Below are positions 9,164-19,226 of a stretch of 42,824 bases of DNA, one piece after another. The DNA is from a virus. Its lineage: Duplodnaviria; Caudoviricetes. The notes beneath the pieces were generated by a model that made no database searches, was not told the origin of the DNA, and saw nothing but the letters and a program-made list of their open reading frames with translations. The position numbers and the translations under genes are program-made. The stretch lies in the IMG/VR virus record IMGVR_UViG_3300031949_000082, positions 1 through 42,824 of that record; one strand, written 5' to 3'. Each line of letters begins with the position of its first letter. The stretch's first letter is position 1.

Positions 9164-9547
9164 ATGACAAACAGCCCGTTCACCCTGACGGCCGGGGCCG
9201 CGATTGCCGCGTTTCTGCGCGTCAAGGCCTCTGGCCGGACCGGCTATCTCGCCGGGGCCTCCGATTACGGCGTCGGCACCGCCATCGAGGGCGTTGCCAG
9301 CGGCAAACAGGTGACCGTCCGGCTCTGGGAGCACGGCGGCACGCACAAATGCGTAGCCTCGGCCGCCATCTCGGCCGGCGCTAAAGTCTATGCCGCCGCC
9401 TCGGGCAAAATCGCCGCGACGGGGACATTGCTGATCGGGACCGCGCTCGACGCCGCCAGCGGCAACAACAGCGTGATCGAGGTGATCCCGCATATCGGGC
9501 ATACGCAGTCCTCATCGAGCAGCAGCAGCAGTTCGTCGACCGCATGA
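9164..9547 (+). CDS. Second capsid cement paralog with 10-Ser tail
   Basis: Near-identical core to 8655..9119; ends QSSSSSSSSSSTA. Confidence 0.8.
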   Translation: MTNSPFTLTAGAAIAAFLRVKASGRTGYLAGASDYGVGTAIEGVASGKQVTVRLWEHGGTHKCVASAAISAGAKVYAAASGKIAATGTLLIGTALDAASGNNSVIEVIPHIGHTQSSSSSSSSSSTA

Positions 9548-9611
9548 CAATGGATAATTGATAATTGACAATTGAGAATTGACAAAGGGGCAATGAAAAA
9601 GGAGTAAAACA

Positions 9612-10565
9612 ATGATTCAGAAATCAACTCACGCCGTGCCGCGAATGGACCTGGGCGTCGCGTTTCACGAGTACACGATGAGCAAGGTGCGGCTGATCGC
9701 CGACGCCGTGTTGCCCATCCTGCCGGTCGCCAAAGAGGCGGCCACGATGAGCGTCACCAAGCGAAAGAACCTGACTATCCCGGAGACCAAGCACGCCAAC
9801 GGGGCGACGTACAACCGCGTCGAGCTCTACATGGACGACCTGGCCTACGCCTGTGTGGACCACGGGCTCGAGGGACAGGTCACGGACCGCGATCGCGAGA
9901 AATACGCCAGCGATTTCGACGCCGAGGTCGAAAAGACGCAGGCGATCAAAACCAAGATGAGATTGGCCCGCGAAAAGCGGATCAAAGAGCTCGTCTTCAA
10001 TACGACGACGTGGACCGGCTCCGACCTCTACACGGATTACAGCAGCGCTCCCTGGGACGCCGCCGGAAGCGGCGTGATCGCGCAGATCCAGACGGTCCGC
10101 GAAAAGGTCCGCCTCAATTGCGGCGTTCCGCCGGATACGCTGATCATCAGCGAGACGGCGATGATCAATCTAACGAACAACACCGAGATCAAGGCCAAGT
10201 TCCCAGGCAGCCCGGCAATCACTGAGGCTATATTGCGGGGCAACATGGCGGCGATCCTGGGTATTCAGAATCTGATCATCGGCCAGGCGGTCTATAACTC
10301 CGCCGATGAGGGGCAGGATTTCACCGGGGCCGAGATCTGGCCGGACGATTACGCAATGGTCTGCGTCCTCGGCGCCGACGGTCTGCCGATGACCGAGCCC
10401 CAGTTAGGCCGGACGATTCTCTGGGAAGATTACATCTCCGACATCGAGTACGTCGAGTCATACCGCGAAGAGCAGACCAAGAGTGAAATCATCCGGGTCG
10501 AGCAAAGCATCGATGAGAAGATATTCGACGCCTACTTCGGCCACCTGATGCTGATTGATGCCTGA
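9612..10565 (+). CDS. Major capsid protein (lambda gpE-like)
   Basis: 317 aa in the MCP position; YACVDHGLE and LAREKRI motifs; RBS AAGGAG. Confidence 0.85.
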   Translation: MIQKSTHAVPRMDLGVAFHEYTMSKVRLIADAVLPILPVAKEAATMSVTKRKNLTIPETKHANGATYNRVELYMDDLAYACVDHGLEGQVTDRDREKYASDFDAEVEKTQAIKTKMRLAREKRIKELVFNTTTWTGSDLYTDYSSAPWDAAGSGVIAQIQTVREKVRLNCGVPPDTLIISETAMINLTNNTEIKAKFPGSPAITEAILRGNMAAILGIQNLIIGQAVYNSADEGQDFTGAEIWPDDYAMVCVLGADGLPMTEPQLGRTILWEDYISDIEYVESYREEQTKSEIIRVEQSIDEKIFDAYFGHLMLIDA

Positions 10566-10912
10566 TGAGTGACGTCTTTGACGATACGCTGAAAGCGGCG
10601 GCGGCGAGTTTCTTCCTGCTGCCCGGGGCCGAGTGGATCACCTATCGGCCCCGCACCGGCGCGGCCCGGCGGATTCGGGCCGTGGTGACGCGGAGCGAAT
10701 GGATTGCGCTGCCGGGCGTCGAGGGCGGATCGCGTCCGCCGTTCGGGGTTCTGGTGAAGAACGATGCAACGAACGGGATTGACAGCGCGACGGTCGATAC
10801 GGGCGGCGACGAGCTGGATATCGCCCCGAACGTCGGCGAGCCGCCGAAGGCGTTTCGGCCCGCCGAGATTATGAATCACGATGCGGGGCTGATGTTCCTG
10901 AAGGTGCAATGA
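10565..10912 (+). CDS. Head-closure / head-tail joining protein (gpFII-like)
   Basis: Directly after the MCP; 115 aa, beta-rich (ITYRP...IRAVV...DTGGD). Confidence 0.65.
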   Translation: MSDVFDDTLKAAAASFFLLPGAEWITYRPRTGAARRIRAVVTRSEWIALPGVEGGSRPPFGVLVKNDATNGIDSATVDTGGDELDIAPNVGEPPKAFRPAEIMNHDAGLMFLKVQ

Positions 10913-11496
10913 TGATTGAGATTCGGTTCGATGAAAACAAACTCAAGGAAGTCGAGCGGATGCTCGCGGCGATCCCCGGCGCGCTGCCAAAAGTCATGAG
11001 CCGCGGCCTCAATCGCACGGCGACCGAGGCCCGCACCCTGACCAGCCGCCGGCTCTCACAATCGACCGGGCTTCGCGTCAAGGACGTGCGGGACCGCATC
11101 GGCGTCGAGCGGGCCAGTTTTAAGAACTGGCGGTCGGCCATTCGTTTCCGGGCCGGCGGCCTGCCAATTGTCCGATTCCCTCACGAGCAGACGGGCCAGG
11201 GCATTCTATGGCGGCCGTCGCGGGGCAAGCGGATCCTGATTCGCCATGCCTTCATCGCCACTATGAAGGCCGGCCATACGGGCGTGTTTCTCAGGGCCCG
11301 GTATGCCAAGGGCCGCTTTATCCCTATGAAAAGCCGGCCCAAGCGCGAAGCCATCTATGAGCAGAAGGTGCGGCTGCAGGACGTTTTTGCCCAGAGCCAG
11401 GCGGAGATGGACCAGGTCTATGTCGAGAGCCTCGCCCGGCTCGAAAAGAACATCCACGACCAGGTGCAACTGATCCTCAAGCGGAGGGCCGGATGA
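10909..11496 (+). CDS. Tail completion protein, gpZ-like
   Basis: RGLNRTA and HAFIATMKAGHTGVF; basic protein in the Z position. Confidence 0.75.
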   Translation: MMIEIRFDENKLKEVERMLAAIPGALPKVMSRGLNRTATEARTLTSRRLSQSTGLRVKDVRDRIGVERASFKNWRSAIRFRAGGLPIVRFPHEQTGQGILWRPSRGKRILIRHAFIATMKAGHTGVFLRARYAKGRFIPMKSRPKREAIYEQKVRLQDVFAQSQAEMDQVYVESLARLEKNIHDQVQLILKRRAG

Positions 11497-11960
11497 GCAC
11501 GCCGATCGTCGAAACCATCGCCGCCAAGATCAAGACACTCATCGACGGCGTCACGGCGGCTGCCGGCTATAACCAGACGCTGACGGCCGTGCGGCCCAAA
11601 CGAATCCATTTAGAAGGGGATTTAAACGCCGACAATACGGTGATCGTCGATCAGGAGGACGCCGCGATCGAGCAGGACTCCAATACCGAGATCGTCTGGC
11701 GGCAGGGCTTCTCGCTGCAGGCCTTAGTCATCGATTCGGACGATGCGACCGAGCCCATCGATACTCGCCTCAATAAGATCGCCGCCGACATGATCAAGCA
11801 CTTGTTTGCCGGCGACAACTGGCAGCTCGACGGCAACGCCGAGGGCATTCTCATCAAAGGCACGCAGCGGTTCATCGCCGATCCGCAATTGTCCGGCGTA
11901 GCCCTCAATATCGACGTAATTTACCGGACCGCCGCAAGCGATCCGTACACGAAATCCTAA
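11493..11960 (+). CDS. Tail terminator, gpU-like
   Basis: Acidic 155-aa protein before the tail tube gene. Confidence 0.6.
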   Translation: MSTPIVETIAAKIKTLIDGVTAAAGYNQTLTAVRPKRIHLEGDLNADNTVIVDQEDAAIEQDSNTEIVWRQGFSLQALVIDSDDATEPIDTRLNKIAADMIKHLFAGDNWQLDGNAEGILIKGTQRFIADPQLSGVALNIDVIYRTAASDPYTKS

Positions 11961-12024
11961 AGGACAAATGGATAATTGACAATTGATAATTGACAATTGA
12001 CAATTAACAAGTAAGGAGATTACA

Positions 12025-12444
12025 ATGATTCTATACGGATGGACATTGACCGGCTCATCGAGCGGCGTTCTGGGCAAACTCACCAACATCAACTGGTCCG
12101 GGCTCAACGAGGACGAGATCGACGTCACCAACGCCGATTCCACGGACCAGTGGAACGAATACGAAGGCGGGTTTAAGGACCCTGGCATCATTCAGGCCGA
12201 TCTTTTATTCGATCCGGCCGTTCTTGAAACAATTATCGCCGCGTTTGCCGGTACAAACGAAACCTGGGTCCTTACCCGCGATACCAAGACGCTGACTGTC
12301 ACCGGCCACATTCGCAGTATCACACTGGCAATGCCGTTACGTTCCGCAGCGTCGCATCCGATTGAGATACGATGCAGCGGCCTGCCCGCGTTCCTGAGCA
12401 GCTCATCCAGCTCTTCCAGCTCTTCCAGCTCGTCGAGCTCCTAA
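12025..12444 (+). CDS. Tail tube protein ending in 15 serines
   Basis: IDVTNADS...EYEGGFKDPG tail-tube motif; C-terminus L-S15-stop; RBS AAGGAG. Confidence 0.8.
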   Translation: MILYGWTLTGSSSGVLGKLTNINWSGLNEDEIDVTNADSTDQWNEYEGGFKDPGIIQADLLFDPAVLETIIAAFAGTNETWVLTRDTKTLTVTGHIRSITLAMPLRSAASHPIEIRCSGLPAFLSSSSSSSSSSSSSSS

Positions 12445-12467
12445 CACACGAAAAGAAAGGATATTTC

Positions 12468-12908
12468 ATGCCCGAAAAATGGGTCGGCAAAGATGCTTTA
12501 TTCAAATCGCCCAAAAAAAAAGAGCGTCACACAATCGAGGGCCTCGGCGACGTCTGGATTCACTCCCTCACCTGCGGCCAGAAAGATGAATACGAGACGG
12601 CCGCATACCAGGTCATGGAGGGTACTCGCGAGGTGAAGATGCACCAGGCCAGGGCGCTGCTGATCCTCTGGACCGTCCACGATCAGCACGGCAATCGGCT
12701 GTTCGCCGACGCCGACCTGGGCAAGGTCGCTGCTATGGACTCCTGGATCGCTGAGCCGCTTTATACAAAAGCCAGGCGTCTGAGCCGCATGACGGCCGCG
12801 GACATGGATGAACTGGTAAAAAACTCAGGGACAATCCGGAGCGACGGCTCCGTTTCCGGATTGCAGCCGCCCTCGGATGGTCCTGCGCCCGGGTCGACGC
12901 CGAGTTAG
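12468..12908 (+). CDS. Tail assembly chaperone (G-like)
   Basis: Between tube and tape measure genes; DQHGNRLF; ELVKN slippery site. Confidence 0.8.
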   Translation: MPEKWVGKDALFKSPKKKERHTIEGLGDVWIHSLTCGQKDEYETAAYQVMEGTREVKMHQARALLILWTVHDQHGNRLFADADLGKVAAMDSWIAEPLYTKARRLSRMTAADMDELVKNSGTIRSDGSVSGLQPPSDGPAPGSTPS

Positions 12909-13141
12909 GGGCAGACGAGCAGGCGGAATGGCTGGCCCTGGAGTCGATAGAGCCGTGGGGCGAGAGACGGGCCGATTACAGGGCGGCCGTGACTTGCTGG
13001 GTAATCGCCAGTTGCAATTTTTCAGGCAAGGGCCGGCCGCCGCAGATGAAGGATTTCCTGAAGATGTTCGAGTTCACCGACAAATCCGTGCAAAGCGATG
13101 AAGAGGCGGATGAGATACTGACCAGGTTCGCGGGCAAATAA
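12818..13141 (+). CDS. -1 frameshift extension of the tail chaperone (GT-like)
   Basis: In-frame A-AAA-AAC at 12818-12824. The -1 frame is open to TAA at 13139-13141 and reads KLRDNPERRLRFRIAAALGWS...EWLALESIEPWGERRADYRAA. Confidence 0.85.
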   Translation, partial: KKLRDNPERRLRFRIAAALGWSCARVDAELGADEQAEWLALESIEPWGERRADYRAAVTCWVIASCNFSGKGRPPQMKDFLKMFEFTDKSVQSDEEADEILTRFAGK

Positions 13142-13143
13142 TC

Positions 13144-15396
13144 ATGGCACTATCAACCACAGTCGGAATCGAGTTCATCGCCCGCAATCGAGCGACTGCG
13201 GGAATCAATTCTTTTAATCGCAGTCTCGGTACTGCCTCCGGAACAGTCATGAGGCTGAGCCGCAGTTTATTGGCGGTCGCCGGCGTCGGCGGCGGGATGT
13301 ATATGCTCGGCAGCATTATGAGGAGCGGCGTCACTGAAGCTGCTGCCTTCGAGCGCCAGATGGCCAATGTATCGACGATGCTGGATGACCAGTCCATGCA
13401 GCTGTTGCCTCGATACACGCAGCAGTTGCGTGCAATGAGCGTCCGGTTCGGCGAGGGTACGGAAACGCTGTCGAAAGGTCTTTATGATATCCTTTCAGCC
13501 TCGATAGCACCGTCGGCGGCCCTGGACGTCTTAGCGGTTTCAACCAAGGCTGCGTCGTCGGGCATAACCGATACGGGAGTTGCTGCCGATGCGATTACGA
13601 CCATCCTGAACTCGTATAGTTTGTCAGCGGATAAGGCCGGCGAAATCAGCGACAAATTGTTTTCTATCGTGATCCGAGGAAAGACCACATTCGCGGAACT
13701 GGCGCCGAACATCGGGAAAATTGCGGCGCTCGCGGCAACTGCCGGGGAATCGTTCGACGATTTAGGTGCGACATTGGCTACCATGACCCGGGCCGGAGTC
13801 AGGACTGAAATTGCTGTCACGTCACTGCGTGCGATTATTTTGAGTTTCTTGAAGCCGCAAAGCGATTCGGTCGAGGCGGCGAGAAAATATGGAATAGAGC
13901 TCAATAGCCAGACGTTGAGAACGATCGGTCTGATCGGGGTGATTCAAAAGCTCAAGAAAGCTACAGCGGAGGAGCTGGCGGTCATCGTACCGACATCGAG
14001 GGCGATAACCGGCTTTGCCGCCGCAGTTCAAAAGGCCGAAGCCCTGGGCGGCGACTACGAGTTCATGCTCAATTCACTCGGCAACACGGAAAAGGCATAT
14101 CAGAAAATAGCGGATACGTCGGCCTTTAAACTCGACCAGATGAATCAGCAATGGATCGAATTTAAACGGACAATTGGGGACGTTGTCATTCCCATCCTTA
14201 TTTCGGTATTCGAACACATGAATGCCGCCGCCGGCGGTGGTAAATTCAAGGCTTTAATGCACGAAAACATTGCCGTCATGTACGAATTCGCCGATGCTCT
14301 CACGAATCTTGATGAGCTGTTCAAGGCTGTCGGAGCGAAAGGATGGGACAAAACTTACGCTGAATTAGCCGCCGAACAAAGACGGCTCGCGGCTGAGGCA
14401 CGGGTTGTTGTCCCCAGCCAACCTATTGAAGAACCAACTGCCCGGCTTGAAATTTCAGAAAGTGCAATGGCCAAAATCGAGGCGATGAATCGCTATACGC
14501 AGGCGGCGCAAGGTCCGGCGGCGATGACGGCCAAAGAGATGGCGCAGATCGTCGCCGATACCCGCGAGAAGCTGGCCTCGATCCGGGCGATGGACGATCT
14601 GACCAGGATGGAGAAGATTCAGAACCTGCAGGATTATGCCGCCGAACACGCCGAAACATTGTCTAAAGTGACAGATGCGGAAAAGCTAATCAACGACGAA
14701 ATAATCGCCCTGCAGCAGAGCCGCCGGAATGCGATGAAGGTTTACAGCGCCGAGCTTCGCGAGGACATGCAGAACCTGTCACTTTATATATCCGAACAAT
14801 TCGCCGACGCATCGCGGAGTATGGAATCGGCCCTGAGCAACAGTTTCCAGTCGATGATCCGGGACGGCATGTCCTGGCGTGATGCAACGATTCAATTCCT
14901 GACCGAAGTTCGCAACGCCTTTATCAAGATGGTTGCCGATATGGTAGCGCGGGCCGCAGCAAAATCATTCATCGAGCCGCTAATGAGCGGACTGCTGGGC
15001 ACTCTCACGGGCGGCATTGCCTCGAATGTCGGCGGCGGTTACGCAGCGAAACAAAACGCCATTAACGTGGCGGCGGGCGAAGCTCACGGCGGCGGGCGGG
15101 TCGGAGCGATTTCTAATCGGCGATGGGTGGACAGCTCCGTATTCGACAGCGCCCCGAAGTTCCACGATTTGAGGCCCGGCGAAACGGCAATTATCGCACA
15201 GAACGATGAAGTCATTTCCCGGCCGGGATTGGCGAGGGGGATGGGCTCGCCCGCTCCGAGCGTGATCATCAACAATTACACGGGGCAGAATTTCGAGAGC
15301 CAGGGCCCGTCCTTCGACGGTGAACGGTGGGTCGTGGGCATCGTGGCGCGCAATATGAAACAGGGCGGCGGCCTGAAAAAAATGATGAGAGGATAA
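13144..15396 (+). CDS. Tape measure protein (TP901-type core)
   Basis: 750 aa, Ala-rich; FERQMANVSTM, GLYDILSA, GKTTFAELA; C-terminal HGGG...APKFH. Confidence 0.9.
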   Translation: MALSTTVGIEFIARNRATAGINSFNRSLGTASGTVMRLSRSLLAVAGVGGGMYMLGSIMRSGVTEAAAFERQMANVSTMLDDQSMQLLPRYTQQLRAMSVRFGEGTETLSKGLYDILSASIAPSAALDVLAVSTKAASSGITDTGVAADAITTILNSYSLSADKAGEISDKLFSIVIRGKTTFAELAPNIGKIAALAATAGESFDDLGATLATMTRAGVRTEIAVTSLRAIILSFLKPQSDSVEAARKYGIELNSQTLRTIGLIGVIQKLKKATAEELAVIVPTSRAITGFAAAVQKAEALGGDYEFMLNSLGNTEKAYQKIADTSAFKLDQMNQQWIEFKRTIGDVVIPILISVFEHMNAAAGGGKFKALMHENIAVMYEFADALTNLDELFKAVGAKGWDKTYAELAAEQRRLAAEARVVVPSQPIEEPTARLEISESAMAKIEAMNRYTQAAQGPAAMTAKEMAQIVADTREKLASIRAMDDLTRMEKIQNLQDYAAEHAETLSKVTDAEKLINDEIIALQQSRRNAMKVYSAELREDMQNLSLYISEQFADASRSMESALSNSFQSMIRDGMSWRDATIQFLTEVRNAFIKMVADMVARAAAKSFIEPLMSGLLGTLTGGIASNVGGGYAAKQNAINVAAGEAHGGGRVGAISNRRWVDSSVFDSAPKFHDLRPGETAIIAQNDEVISRPGLARGMGSPAPSVIINNYTGQNFESQGPSFDGERWVVGIVARNMKQGGGLKKMMRG

Positions 15397-15397
15397 A

Positions 15398-15847
15398 ATG
15401 GCGACCTTTCCGACGTTGACCAGGGCGGTTTCGCATCGCGGGTGGCAGGAATCGAAATTGATCGATCCCACCATACGCACGGAGTTCGTTTCCGGCGCCA
15501 TTGCAACGCGGGCGAGATTCTCGGGGACGGTCCCGGTGCTCTATCACGTGACGTATCATCACGTCTCCCCGGCGGATAAGGTTTTGCTGGAGACGTTCGA
15601 AAATTCGATCGACGTCGGCGTCACGACGTTCAACTGGACCAATATCCTGACGTCCACGATGTGGATCATGCGATTGAACGCGCCGATCCGGTTCGGCCTG
15701 GAGCCCAACTGCATCGACAAGTATTTTGCGCAGATCGAGATGTTCGGCTCGGCCGGCAGCTCGTCGTCCTCGTCGCTGTCATCGTCATCGTCCTCGTCGT
15801 CATCGAGCCTTTCTTCGTCGTCATCGTCCAGTTCATCGAGTGCATAA
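15398..15847 (+). CDS. Distal tail protein (gpM-like) with poly-Ser tail
   Basis: IRTEFVSG...TRARF...FNWTN directly after the TMP; ends S6-L-S10-L-S10-A. Confidence 0.7.
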   Translation: MATFPTLTRAVSHRGWQESKLIDPTIRTEFVSGAIATRARFSGTVPVLYHVTYHHVSPADKVLLETFENSIDVGVTTFNWTNILTSTMWIMRLNAPIRFGLEPNCIDKYFAQIEMFGSAGSSSSSSLSSSSSSSSSSLSSSSSSSSSSA

Positions 15848-16476
15848 TGCCCGAACAGATTGATAAATATATCGCGATTGAAAAGAACAAGCTGGCCGGC
15901 GGCGGGGCCTGGCTGTGGCTGCTGGATATAGACGTCGAAGGCGAGGACACGATTCACCTGGTCAACAACATCGAGAACGTCACGTACCGGGGCACGCTTT
16001 ATTACAGGTGCAATTTCCAGATGGCCGCCTACGACAAGTCCGAGCCCGGCCGCCTCTCGGAAGTCGAGATGAACATCAGCAATACCGATCTGATTCTGGC
16101 CGTGCTGCCGTATGTGAACGATTACAACGGCCTGATCGGTTCGACGATCACCCGCACGCCGGTCAATAGCAAATACCTCTCGATCGACATGTCGGCCAAG
16201 GCCGAGGACTTCATCGTCACGGGCTGCTCGGCGGGCGAGGAATGGATCGCGTTCACGCTCGGGGCCCCCAGCCCGTTGAACAGGAAGTTTCCGGAGAAAC
16301 GATTTTTCGGCGCCTATTGCCGTTACGTCGGCAAGTTCAAGGGTATCGAATGCGGCTACGCCGGCGCCGAGACGGTGTGCAATGGCTCGCCGGAGGACTG
16401 TGAAAATAATAAGGATAATCTGAATCGCTTCGGCGGCCAGCCGGGCCTGCGGAGCAAGACGGTGAAGTTTGCCTGA
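15847..16476 (+). CDS. Tail tip protein gpL-like
   Basis: C-terminal four-Cys cluster (YC...ECGYAG...CNGSPEDC...NRFGGQPG); ATG overlaps the previous stop. Confidence 0.8.
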   Translation: MPEQIDKYIAIEKNKLAGGGAWLWLLDIDVEGEDTIHLVNNIENVTYRGTLYYRCNFQMAAYDKSEPGRLSEVEMNISNTDLILAVLPYVNDYNGLIGSTITRTPVNSKYLSIDMSAKAEDFIVTGCSAGEEWIAFTLGAPSPLNRKFPEKRFFGAYCRYVGKFKGIECGYAGAETVCNGSPEDCENNKDNLNRFGGQPGLRSKTVKFA

Positions 16477-16506
16477 TGGATAATTGACAATTGACAATTG
16501 ACAAGT

Positions 16507-16944
16507 ATGGAAGTCCCGCACATTAAAACCAAACTCAATTTGTCCGAATTGATCGGCAGGCCGTATAAGGTCGCCGGCCGTGGTCCGGCGGATTATGACT
16601 GCTGGGGCCTTTGCATGGCGGTGGCGGAAAAACTGGGGTTCCCATTGCCTGATTTTGAGATTCCGCAAAATAACGATTTGCGAGGCGAATTAGTGGATCG
16701 GCAGCGGGCAGGGTCATTCAATCGCATCGATGAGCCATCCGGCGGATGTCTGGTGCTATTTCGCGTTATCGACGACCATGATCTGATTAAATGGCATGTC
16801 GGTACGATGCTGCCCGATTGCAGGCATTTTATCCATACGACCGAAAAGATGGGAGTCAATATCTCCGCCCTCGACCGCCAGCCGTGGAAACTGTTTGTCG
16901 AGGGCTTTTACGTCAATTGTCAATTGAACACTGATCGAATATGA
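16507..16944 (+). CDS. NlpC/P60 tail assembly protein (gpK-like)
   Basis: GRPYKVAGRGPADYDCWGL, WHVG, FIH. Confidence 0.85.
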   Translation: MEVPHIKTKLNLSELIGRPYKVAGRGPADYDCWGLCMAVAEKLGFPLPDFEIPQNNDLRGELVDRQRAGSFNRIDEPSGGCLVLFRVIDDHDLIKWHVGTMLPDCRHFIHTTEKMGVNISALDRQPWKLFVEGFYVNCQLNTDRI

Positions 16945-19160
16945 ATAAAGAATTGAAGATCATTGTTATCCGCAATCCTTTCGACGTTCAGAGGGACCGC
17001 CTCATCGAATCCGTGCCGTTCACCGGCCAGAGGCTCAGTGACGTTCTCAGACACTATGCGGCCGAGATGGAATGCGTCATTGTCCGGATCAACGGCGTCA
17101 AGCTGCCGGCCGTCGAGAAGGACGAATATCAGCGGGCCCTTGCCGCCGGTGACGAGATCGTCATCCTGCCCGCAGTCCGCGACCCGATCAGCGGAATCAT
17201 GGGCGTCATGACCTGGGTGGCGGCATCAGCGGGCTATGCGGGTATCGGGGCAATGCTCTGGTCCGTCGCCGTCAGTATAGGCATCTCGATTGGCGTCGCC
17301 TACCTCATCCGGGCCATCGGCGGATCGCCCGACGACGCCGATCTTGACAGCACTCCTTCCTACGGCTGGTCGCCGGCGACGATCCAGAGACAGGGCACGG
17401 CGATCCCCCGGGCTTACGGCGCCAATAAGCAGCACGGCAACATCATCGCCGCATGGCGGACGCCGGACGGCGCCGATGAGACGCTGAGCCTGCTGATCGC
17501 CTTCGGCGAGGGCCCGGACTACGGCATCGTCGCCGATACGGTCTATCTCAATGGCCAGCCCATCGGCAATTACGAATCGGTGACCACCTACGAGCGCAAA
17601 GGCCTGATGGAGCAATCCGCCATATTCGCCGCGCTCAAATGCGAGTATCAGCCCGAGCTGGAAGTGCTGCATACCTCCGATGGGGGAGGGCCGGTCACCT
17701 GGACCACGCCGGACAATGATTTCGATTCGCTTGAGATTGCCGTCAAATACAGCGGCCACTACGTACACAAAGACGGCGGAATAAAAACCCAAACCGTCGA
17801 CGTGAAGATCGAAATATCGGAAAACGGCGCCGAGGATTGGTACGTTCTGGCCGACGAATCGCTTTACTGCGGATCGACTCCGCTGCAGAAAAACTACGTC
17901 TCGACCGGCGCTTATACCGGCGGCTCGCCCGTTTCGATTACCAAGGGAACGCGCTGCGACATCCGGATTACCAAGACCAGCGCGGGTAGAACCTGGGACG
18001 GGAGCCGCAAGAGCCGGTACCTGTATATTACGACGGTCCGCGAGGTGATCGGCACGCCCTTCGAATATCCCGGCCTCTCGCTCCTGGGAATCTCCGCCAT
18101 CGCCACCGAGGCCCTGAGCGGCGCCCTGCAGGTCTCGTGTATCCGCAAGGGCCGCATCGTCAACGTCTATAACGGCTCGGCCTGGACGCTGGAATGGTCC
18201 GACAACCCGGCGTGGGTGATCTGGGACATCCTGACCCGGCCGGTGATTTCGGGCGACGGCGGCGGGACGCCTTATGCCGTAGAGCGCTATGACGGGATCG
18301 ACCCGGCGCGATTGACGCCCTATCTGGACGAATGGTACGAGGCGGCGGCGTATTTCGATGATCAGATCACGGACGGCAAGGGCGGCTATGAGAAACGGAT
18401 TCTGTTCAACGGCGTGTTCGACTTTGGAACCACCGTCTGGGACGCGGTCGCCAAGGTGTGCGCAATCGCCCGCTGCGAGGTGCTTCGGATCGGCCGTAAT
18501 TATACCATCCTGGTCGATAAGCCGGACGCGGCGGCCCCGGTTCAGCTTTTTTCCGCCGGCAATATCAAGCCGGGGAGTTTCCGCAGAAACTATATCGACC
18601 TCACCGACCGGGCCGGGGAATTGGAAATAGATTATCAGGACCTCGACCTCGATTACGAGATGACGCCGATGCTCCACGTCGATACGGCCATCGACAGTCA
18701 CGCGGCCAAGACCATTTCAGGATTCGGCATCACGCGCGCCTCGCAGGCCTGGCGGGCCGTCTATTACGAGCTGGCGAAAAACCGGATTCTCAAATATATG
18801 GTCGAGTTCGAGGCGGATATAGACGCCATCGCGTGCAAGAAAGGCGATATCGTCTATGTGGTGGAGCCCTGGCGACTCGGCGGCCGGGTTGTCGCCAGCA
18901 CCGCCGCCGATAAGGTCACGCTCGACGTCCCGCCGGCGGTGAGCGGCGCCGATACCGTGGCCGTGCGGGTCAATCATCCCGATACGGGCGCCGAGACGGT
19001 CGAGACGCATACGGTCGCCTCCGTCGCCGGGGCGGTCGTGACGATAGCCGACGCCTGGAGCGTGACGCCGAAAAGGGACGATCTCTACGCATTCGGCCCT
19101 ACGGCGACCATCCTCAAGAAGTTCCGGGTGGTCGGGATCGTCGAAGGAGCGGAGCTGTGA
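16941..19160 (+). CDS. Central tail-tip / host-specificity protein (gpI+gpJ-like), C-terminally truncated
   Basis: N-terminal ubiquitin-like gpI region; IPRAYG, WSDNPAWVIWDILT, LFSAGNI, GITRASQAWR; stops right after FRVVGIVEGAEL. Confidence 0.85.
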   Translation: MNKELKIIVIRNPFDVQRDRLIESVPFTGQRLSDVLRHYAAEMECVIVRINGVKLPAVEKDEYQRALAAGDEIVILPAVRDPISGIMGVMTWVAASAGYAGIGAMLWSVAVSIGISIGVAYLIRAIGGSPDDADLDSTPSYGWSPATIQRQGTAIPRAYGANKQHGNIIAAWRTPDGADETLSLLIAFGEGPDYGIVADTVYLNGQPIGNYESVTTYERKGLMEQSAIFAALKCEYQPELEVLHTSDGGGPVTWTTPDNDFDSLEIAVKYSGHYVHKDGGIKTQTVDVKIEISENGAEDWYVLADESLYCGSTPLQKNYVSTGAYTGGSPVSITKGTRCDIRITKTSAGRTWDGSRKSRYLYITTVREVIGTPFEYPGLSLLGISAIATEALSGALQVSCIRKGRIVNVYNGSAWTLEWSDNPAWVIWDILTRPVISGDGGGTPYAVERYDGIDPARLTPYLDEWYEAAAYFDDQITDGKGGYEKRILFNGVFDFGTTVWDAVAKVCAIARCEVLRIGRNYTILVDKPDAAAPVQLFSAGNIKPGSFRRNYIDLTDRAGELEIDYQDLDLDYEMTPMLHVDTAIDSHAAKTISGFGITRASQAWRAVYYELAKNRILKYMVEFEADIDAIACKKGDIVYVVEPWRLGGRVVASTAADKVTLDVPPAVSGADTVAVRVNHPDTGAETVETHTVASVAGAVVTIADAWSVTPKRDDLYAFGPTATILKKFRVVGIVEGAEL

Positions 19161-19166
19161 ACGCAG

Positions 19167-19226
19167 GTGACAATGGATAATTGATAATTGATAATTGACA
19201 ATTGACAATTGTCAATTGAAGTAATT
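19167..19226. repeat. Heptamer repeat block between the J-like gene and its apparent continuation
   Basis: TGACAATGGATAATTGATAATTGATAATTGACAATTGACAATTGTCAATTG; a similar block lies at 19505-19551. Confidence 0.9.

Noticed and set aside
9545-9590. TTGACA within heptamer blocks as multiple -35 promoter boxes
   Set aside because: The hexamer is a by-product of the repeat unit and occurs in both orientations. Promoter activity cannot be supported from sequence alone.
19158-19226. Stop-codon reassignment or simple readthrough joining J to module 1
   Set aside because: The interval has three TGA and one TAA in frame, and all three stop codons end genes normally elsewhere.
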